DNA of 64,000 bases from a virus. Below the pieces are notes generated by a model that did no database searches, was not told the origin of the DNA, and worked only from the letters and a program-made list of their open reading frames with translations. This document shows positions 59,291-64,000 of this stretch, in pieces. A program made the position numbers and the translations under genes. The first letter of the stretch is position 1. Every line of letters begins with the position of its first letter. The stretch spans positions 27,581 to 91,580 of the IMG/VR virus record IMGVR_UViG_3300022927_001696. One strand, given 5' to 3'.

Positions 59291-59438
59291 CTAAATTTAT
59301 TTCTTGAATTTTATTTTCTGCAGTTGTGTCTATATTATCTAAAATACTTAATAACCAATCAACATTAACATTAAATTCTTTATGCCCTGATTTCTTTAAA
59401 TTTTTTAAATGAAGAACTAATTCTTGTAATTCTGTCAT
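59271..59438 (-). CDS. Small hypothetical protein (55 aa, not in ORF track)
   Basis: MTELQELVLHLKNL...EINLDGGQFN*; fills the gap and overlaps both neighbours. Confidence 0.6.
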   Translation of the reverse strand: MTELQELVLHLKNLKKSGHKEFNVNVDWLLSILDNIDTTAENKIQEINLDGGQFN

Positions 59439-59953
59439 TTATTTTTTAATTTATTAAGTTTTTTAACTTCTGTCTTACATTCTATTTCAGTTTTGAAAGG
59501 ACCTATATATCCATAAGTAGCAAGAGTAACATACTTAGGACCTTTTGCTCTTTTCCAACCTTTTTCAAAATTAATTCCGTACCAACCAGCGGCATAATAA
59601 ACATCGCTGTCAGATGTTTTAGTATACAATGGAACTCTTTCATCATAATCAGGATGAGATGTATCTAAAGGATATGGATTTTCGTAGTCTATTTGGTACC
59701 CTTTTATGAAAAATTCTTCACTTACTACAGTAGGCTCATCTACTTGTTCAGTAAATAAATGTACATTGCCAAAATGTTTGACTACAGCAGTTTCGTCTTC
59801 AAATTTGACTGATTCTTTTCCAGTAATATAAAAAAACTTTTCCTGAATATCTTTATTTAAAATGCCAAGTCTTTTTTCTCCTTGACGTACAAGCCATGCA
59901 ACATCACTTATTTGTTGTAATTGAGTTTTACTTTTTCTTTTATTCTTTACCAT
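59435..59953 (-). CDS. Hypothetical phage protein
   Basis: PLYTKT...YYAAGWY...PKYVTL...YIGPFKT. Confidence 0.65.
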   Translation of the reverse strand: MVKNKRKSKTQLQQISDVAWLVRQGEKRLGILNKDIQEKFFYITGKESVKFEDETAVVKHFGNVHLFTEQVDEPTVVSEEFFIKGYQIDYENPYPLDTSHPDYDERVPLYTKTSDSDVYYAAGWYGINFEKGWKRAKGPKYVTLATYGYIGPFKTEIECKTEVKKLNKLKNK

Positions 59954-60180
59954 GCTTTATTCTCCTTATTTCCGTAATCTTCATCTTTACCTACAATCTT
60001 TCCATCAATAGAATATAATTGTTTATTTGGTGTGCCTTTAGAATTTTTAAATTCTTCTGGACATACATCTTGTCTCATTTGTCTATATACTTTAATTTGA
60101 TCTGGACTTGTATATATCCAATGTGGATTTGCTGGCCAATCCATTGTTATACGTTTGATAGCTCTATCCAACTTGTCCAT
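59947..60180 (-). CDS. Hypothetical protein
   Basis: ORF overlapping both neighbours. Confidence 0.55.
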   Translation of the reverse strand: MDKLDRAIKRITMDWPANPHWIYTSPDQIKVYRQMRQDVCPEEFKNSKGTPNKQLYSIDGKIVGKDEDYGNKENKAW

Positions 60181-61162
60181 TTAAAAACTCTGCATAGTCA
60201 CCTGGGTTTTGAGACATTCTTTCTAAATTCCACTTAGCACAAAACTTCATAAAATACACACCTACTTGTTGTTTAGGTTCTTGTAGTTTTGCATTTTCAA
60301 TAATTTGTTTACTTTCTGCTTTTACTTCATCAGGTTGTTGTGTGAGATCTATAAGAATCTTATTACGTTCAAAGTCATCTCTAACTCTATGTTCTTGTTC
60401 TTCATGATCAACCCAACGTTGTAACATAAAGTTATTAAAGTTATAACCTCCATTATGTCTATCATCAAATGCTTCAGTAATACCTGTCTTGTTTTTAGTG
60501 CCTTTTAGTCTTGCACCAGGATAGGCACTAAACACATTATCAGCACTATCTCCTCTTACACACTTCTCAAACAATACCCATTCAGGTACTACTGGTGTTT
60601 TCTTTTCGTTTGTCTTTTTATCTATAACCCATTCACCTGTTTTTGCATTTTTAAAGCCTTCAAGTGAAACTATTTGATCTGTTGTGCCATTATATTGTAT
60701 AACATTATCCGCAAGTAATTGATAAAAGTCACTATCAGTACTAATTATAACATGCTTATCTTCTGGGTGTTCTTGTATCCAAGTAGCAATTAAATCATCT
60801 GCTTCTGCATTAGGTTGTTGTATAACACTTACATTAGTACGTTCTTCTAAAAATTTAGTTAAATCATTATATGATTCAAAAAACAATTCGTCATCTTCTT
60901 GCTCTTTAACACTTCTTTTGTCCATTAGAACTTTTCTATTTGCTTTGTAAGGAGGATAAAAGTCTTTACGCCAACTTCTACCTTCTAAACACATAACAAC
61001 ATGATCACCATCAAAGTCGTTCCATACTTTCTTAATACTGTTAAACATAATATGCATGGCCATTCCAACACGCATGTCAATATCCTTACCGCCGCCTACA
61101 TGTTTGGCACGAAAGAACATGTTTAAACTATCTACTAATATGTATGTTTTTTTACTCATCAT
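60164..61162 (-). CDS. rnh: T4 RNase H-like 5'-3' exonuclease (FEN family)
   Basis: ILVDSLN, RKDFYPPYKANR, EADDLIA, STDSDFYQL, GDSADNV. Confidence 0.9.
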   Translation of the reverse strand: MMSKKTYILVDSLNMFFRAKHVGGGKDIDMRVGMAMHIMFNSIKKVWNDFDGDHVVMCLEGRSWRKDFYPPYKANRKVLMDKRSVKEQEDDELFFESYNDLTKFLEERTNVSVIQQPNAEADDLIATWIQEHPEDKHVIISTDSDFYQLLADNVIQYNGTTDQIVSLEGFKNAKTGEWVIDKKTNEKKTPVVPEWVLFEKCVRGDSADNVFSAYPGARLKGTKNKTGITEAFDDRHNGGYNFNNFMLQRWVDHEEQEHRVRDDFERNKILIDLTQQPDEVKAESKQIIENAKLQEPKQQVGVYFMKFCAKWNLERMSQNPGDYAEFLNGQVG

Positions 61163-61400
61163 TTATTCCTAAACTATCATTTATTATAGCATCGAAAGGC
61201 GATTCTTTCAAGTTCTTTTCTCGAATATTTTCAAAATCTCTAGTAAGATCGTATTTTAAATGTTTACGAAAATTTGCCAATACATACTCTATTTCAGCAG
61301 AAGTAAATTCTTCTAACTGTTTTTCAACTACGGGTTCTATAGACTTAACTAGGATCGCTAGTTTCGTCTTCGCCTGTGTTTCCAGTTGTTCTGATGACAT
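61152..61400 (-). CDS. Hypothetical protein
   Basis: Start revised to ATG 61400 (GGAG upstream). Confidence 0.55.
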   Translation of the reverse strand: MSSEQLETQAKTKLAILVKSIEPVVEKQLEEFTSAEIEYVLANFRKHLKYDLTRDFENIREKNLKESPFDAIINDSLGINDE

Positions 61401-61872
61401 CTGTGGCTCCTGTTTGTTCTTGTAACCCATAATCTTGATCTGCAAGTTCCTGTACTAATACGGTTCTGCAAACATCATTAAACCATTTGTTTACTACTGC
61501 TTCGTCACTTTCACCCGTATATCCGTTTTCGTGTAAAAATTTAACAAAGTGATCGTTCCAGTCTAATTCCATATAACCTGCTTTAGCATTTTCTGGATTT
61601 ACATCTAAATGAAGAACATTTACATAAGGTAATTCTTTAATATCAGCGATTGCTTTATCATATTCATATTTTCCAATTTTATCATTTTTAAATTGGACAT
61701 CTAATTTAGCAATTTCTTTATCAACATCTGTTTCTGCTTCTAATTGTGCTAAAACTTCTTCTAGTTCTTCACCATCATAGTAATATTCTGCTTCTGCTAT
61801 TGCTCGAGACTTACCTTTAAGCCCCCAACTAGCAGGCATCATGCTAAAAGGTAATTTAGTTTTCTTCGCCAT
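61345..61872 (-). CDS. Hypothetical phage protein
   Basis: ELDWNDHFV...GYTGESDEAVVNKWF; GAGGAG before ATG 61872. Confidence 0.65.
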   Translation of the reverse strand: MAKKTKLPFSMMPASWGLKGKSRAIAEAEYYYDGEELEEVLAQLEAETDVDKEIAKLDVQFKNDKIGKYEYDKAIADIKELPYVNVLHLDVNPENAKAGYMELDWNDHFVKFLHENGYTGESDEAVVNKWFNDVCRTVLVQELADQDYGLQEQTGATDVIRTTGNTGEDETSDPS

Positions 61873-62311
61873 CTTCTTTCTCCTCAATAACTTCTGTTAT
61901 TCTTTTTATAGTACACGGCCATAGTGCTGTTCTATTTGACCAACTTATAGGCATAATACTATCTCCCTTTCCAATACTGTTAAATCCACCCCACGGTTTA
62001 AATTGTAATCCTGTAGCATAAGGCATATCAAAACATCTATTAAAAAATTCTACATCTACTTGTTTTTTCCTGTTAAGTGTAAGTCTTAATGTATCTGTTT
62101 CTTCTATCCATTTCCAACTTCTGATAGAATCAACTCTAACACTTCTAACTTCTAATTCTGCTTTAGTGACCGGTATTCCATGTTCAGTATATCCCATAAC
62201 TTTATTTTCATCTGCTTTTGTTTCATATGCCACCATTAAAAAGAACATTACAACTGCTGTAATCAAAAGAGGACTCATATTTTTTATAAAATTCCAATCA
62301 TGTTTATCCAT
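61856..62311 (-). CDS. Secreted/membrane-anchored protein (DUF6491-like)
   Basis: N-terminal hydrophobic segment; IRSWKWI...RCFDM...GDSI...CTIKRI. Confidence 0.45.
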   Translation of the reverse strand: MDKHDWNFIKNMSPLLITAVVMFFLMVAYETKADENKVMGYTEHGIPVTKAELEVRSVRVDSIRSWKWIEETDTLRLTLNRKKQVDVEFFNRCFDMPYATGLQFKPWGGFNSIGKGDSIMPISWSNRTALWPCTIKRITEVIEEKEDGEEN

Positions 62312-62519
62312 TATTACAGACTCCTTCTTTATAAGTTCCTTCCTCTACAATCGTTAAAGTATTTTCTATTACTACACGATACTCAGCATATTTATTTTCA
62401 CATTCAGCAAATACTTTTTGTTTAACTTCTTCTATAGAATTTCCTATAGCATGAGGGTACCAACCCATTTCGTAGGCTCCCCATCCTTTTATAAAAATTT
62501 GATATTGTTTACCCTTCAT
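62304..62519 (-). CDS. Hypothetical protein
   Basis: ATG overlaps the QueE stop. Confidence 0.55.
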   Translation of the reverse strand: MKGKQYQIFIKGWGAYEMGWYPHAIGNSIEEVKQKVFAECENKYAEYRVVIENTLTIVEEGTYKEGVCNNG

Positions 62520-63403
62520 TAAGTCCCCCATGCATTTCCAAATAAACTAATATGTAATCTAGGACTAAACTTATATCCAGTCTTCATACATATCTCAGCA
62601 ACATTTTTTTCAGTTAATGTTTGTTGCTCTAATGTAGCACCCTCAGGCATACAGTAAATAGAATCAAGTTTAACACCTGACTCTTTATAACTATCAACAA
62701 ACATATCAACTTCATTAAAACATTCCTCATCTCTAACAACAAACTTTGTATATAGATAACTATTATGAACAGAATTCATTGATAATAATGACTTTGGTAT
62801 TAGAGCATCATCAGTCTTCTCACCACTAATACTTAATTTAGGAGATGTACTCCATGTAACATGTAAATTAGGTTGTGTTAAGTTAAAATATGTTATTAGA
62901 TCATTTTTAATATCTTGCGTACCATTTGTTTCAAATGTTACATTTTTTAACCCTACATTCTTACACTTATCTAAAAGTGCTGGCCAAACACGTTGCCACC
63001 CTAGTAGCGGTTCACCACCTGTGATCACCAAGTGTATGTCTTCACCGTGTTGGCCAGTGAAAGTACCAGTTGGTAGCAATGATGTGATGTGATCAAACAC
63101 TTCATCTACAGATCGAGTAAACTGTAAATGTTTATACTTCATTGCCCAACTGGCACTTGAATCACACCCAATGGGTGTGACGGGTAAATCTTCTATGCTT
63201 TTATAAGCATCAGGATGGTTTTTATCTGCTTTAGGATCTAACATATAAGGCATTTGATCAGTTGCAATTAAATTTTCTCTAGGTTGTCCGAACCCAGCAC
63301 ATTCAAAATTACAACCAAATACTCTTAAGAAGATACTAGGCACACCAACAAATCTGCCTTCTCCTTGTACTGAGTAAAATGCTTCGCTATATCTTAATTT
63401 CAT
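62519..63403 (-). CDS. queE: 7-carboxy-7-deazaguanine synthase QueE-like radical SAM
   Basis: EAFYSVQGEG, FLRVFGCNFEC...GCDS, VITGGEP, ETNGT, SPKL, PRLH. Confidence 0.88.
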   Translation of the reverse strand: MKLRYSEAFYSVQGEGRFVGVPSIFLRVFGCNFECAGFGQPRENLIATDQMPYMLDPKADKNHPDAYKSIEDLPVTPIGCDSSASWAMKYKHLQFTRSVDEVFDHITSLLPTGTFTGQHGEDIHLVITGGEPLLGWQRVWPALLDKCKNVGLKNVTFETNGTQDIKNDLITYFNLTQPNLHVTWSTSPKLSISGEKTDDALIPKSLLSMNSVHNSYLYTKFVVRDEECFNEVDMFVDSYKESGVKLDSIYCMPEGATLEQQTLTEKNVAEICMKTGYKFSPRLHISLFGNAWGT

Positions 63404-63896
63404 CTAATTCTACTTGTAATAAATTGTATAAATCTTCCATTGATATTTGTCCATCTATCATACTTTCAACAGCATCAAAAACAATGGTATGTAGCTCAGA
63501 GTTTTCAAACTGTCTATGTCCGTTATGTATATCTTCATAACATTCATATGCTAAATTTAAAAATCCTACATCAAATAATTTATTAAAATCTTCTAAATTA
63601 TCATTAATGACTTTACCAAATTGAACTATTTTTAAAAATAGGTTATCAGTAATGGAAACTGTTTGTATTTGTATGTCCTCATTAGTTCCTATATTTTTAC
63701 ATTTTAACCTGTCTCTAGAAGTAATACTATCAAGGTCTGCAATCGCATCTAAACATTCAAATACTTCTTCTTTACTAATTGGATATTTTTTACAAATAAC
63801 TTCCAACTCGTTACGTTCTACAATACAGTCAGTAATTTCCCTAATAGGAACACTAAATTTACCTACAACAAGATACCCGTTTCTATTATTAATCAT
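63387..63896 (-). CDS. Hypothetical protein (DUF433-like N-terminus)
   Basis: VPIREI...EVICKKYPISKEEVFECL. Confidence 0.45.
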   Translation of the reverse strand: MINNRNGYLVVGKFSVPIREITDCIVERNELEVICKKYPISKEEVFECLDAIADLDSITSRDRLKCKNIGTNEDIQIQTVSITDNLFLKIVQFGKVINDNLEDFNKLFDVGFLNLAYECYEDIHNGHRQFENSELHTIVFDAVESMIDGQISMEDLYNLLQVELDEIKI

Positions 63897-63897
63897 A

Positions 63898-63999
63898 TTA
63901 TTTACTTGCGTATTCTTGTTGTAATTTTATATTATCAAAAAACTCTTTCTTTGTACTTGAATCATCAAAGAAAGAACCTTCTAATACAGTTGTTTGTGT
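63898..63999 (-). CDS. folE: 3' end of GTP cyclohydrolase I (FolE), truncated by the window edge
   Basis: TQTTVLEGSFFDDSSTKKEFFDNIKLQQEYASK* matches the FolE C-terminal pattern; two genes from queE. Confidence 0.65.
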   Translation of the reverse strand, partial: TQTTVLEGSFFDDSSTKKEFFDNIKLQQEYASK

Positions 64000-64000
64000 T

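Noticed and set aside
63899-63904. TAAATA upstream of 63896 as a late promoter
   Set aside because: Only 2 nt from the ATG and formed by the folE Lys and stop codons; likely incidental.
1-64000. Stop-codon reassignment, as seen in some jumbo phages
   Set aside because: Genes tile densely under code 11, and TAA, TAG and TGA all terminate genes at sensible overlaps.
1-64000. tRNA genes, CRISPR array, diversity-generating retroelement, IS or homing endonuclease
   Set aside because: Intergenic spaces are too short, and no direct-repeat arrays, reverse transcriptase, transposase or HNH/GIY-YIG motifs were seen by eye.

Overview
This window is an AT-rich (~30% GC), gene-dense segment of a large, probably jumbo, tailed dsDNA phage of myovirus type, using the standard genetic code. 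The host is likely an aquatic Gram-negative bacterium (inference). There are three blocks. (1) 1-24110 (+) is a virion module: a 5'-truncated baseplate-wedge-like gene, a 6025-aa giant structural protein, a tail fibre with a C-terminal autocleaving chaperone, and other virion proteins. (2) 24167-52869 (+) is a ~29-kb modification island. It holds eight N-terminal-twitch radical SAM paralogs, about six glycosyltransferase-like proteins (one with 12 tandem GT-like repeats), a UDP-glucose/GDP-mannose dehydrogenase, a degenerate NeuB, a NodU/CmcH carbamoyltransferase, a 2OG-Fe(II) oxygenase, a methyltransferase and an outer-membrane barrel, with T4-like TAAATA late promoters. (3) 52870-64000 (-) holds early/host-interaction genes: an FG-GAP lipoprotein, SWIM and HTH proteins, an AAA+ ATPase, a c-type cytochrome, glutaredoxin, RNase H, QueE and the 3' end of FolE, partly under sigma70-like promoters. 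Notable non-gene signals are systematic avoidance of GCWGC at Ala-Ala codon pairs, TAAATA-N5-ATG (apparently leaderless) late genes, and a 3'-UTR hairpin whose loop is antisense to a shared early-gene RBS. No tRNA, rRNA or CRISPR array was seen. All assignments come from motif reading by eye, not database searches.
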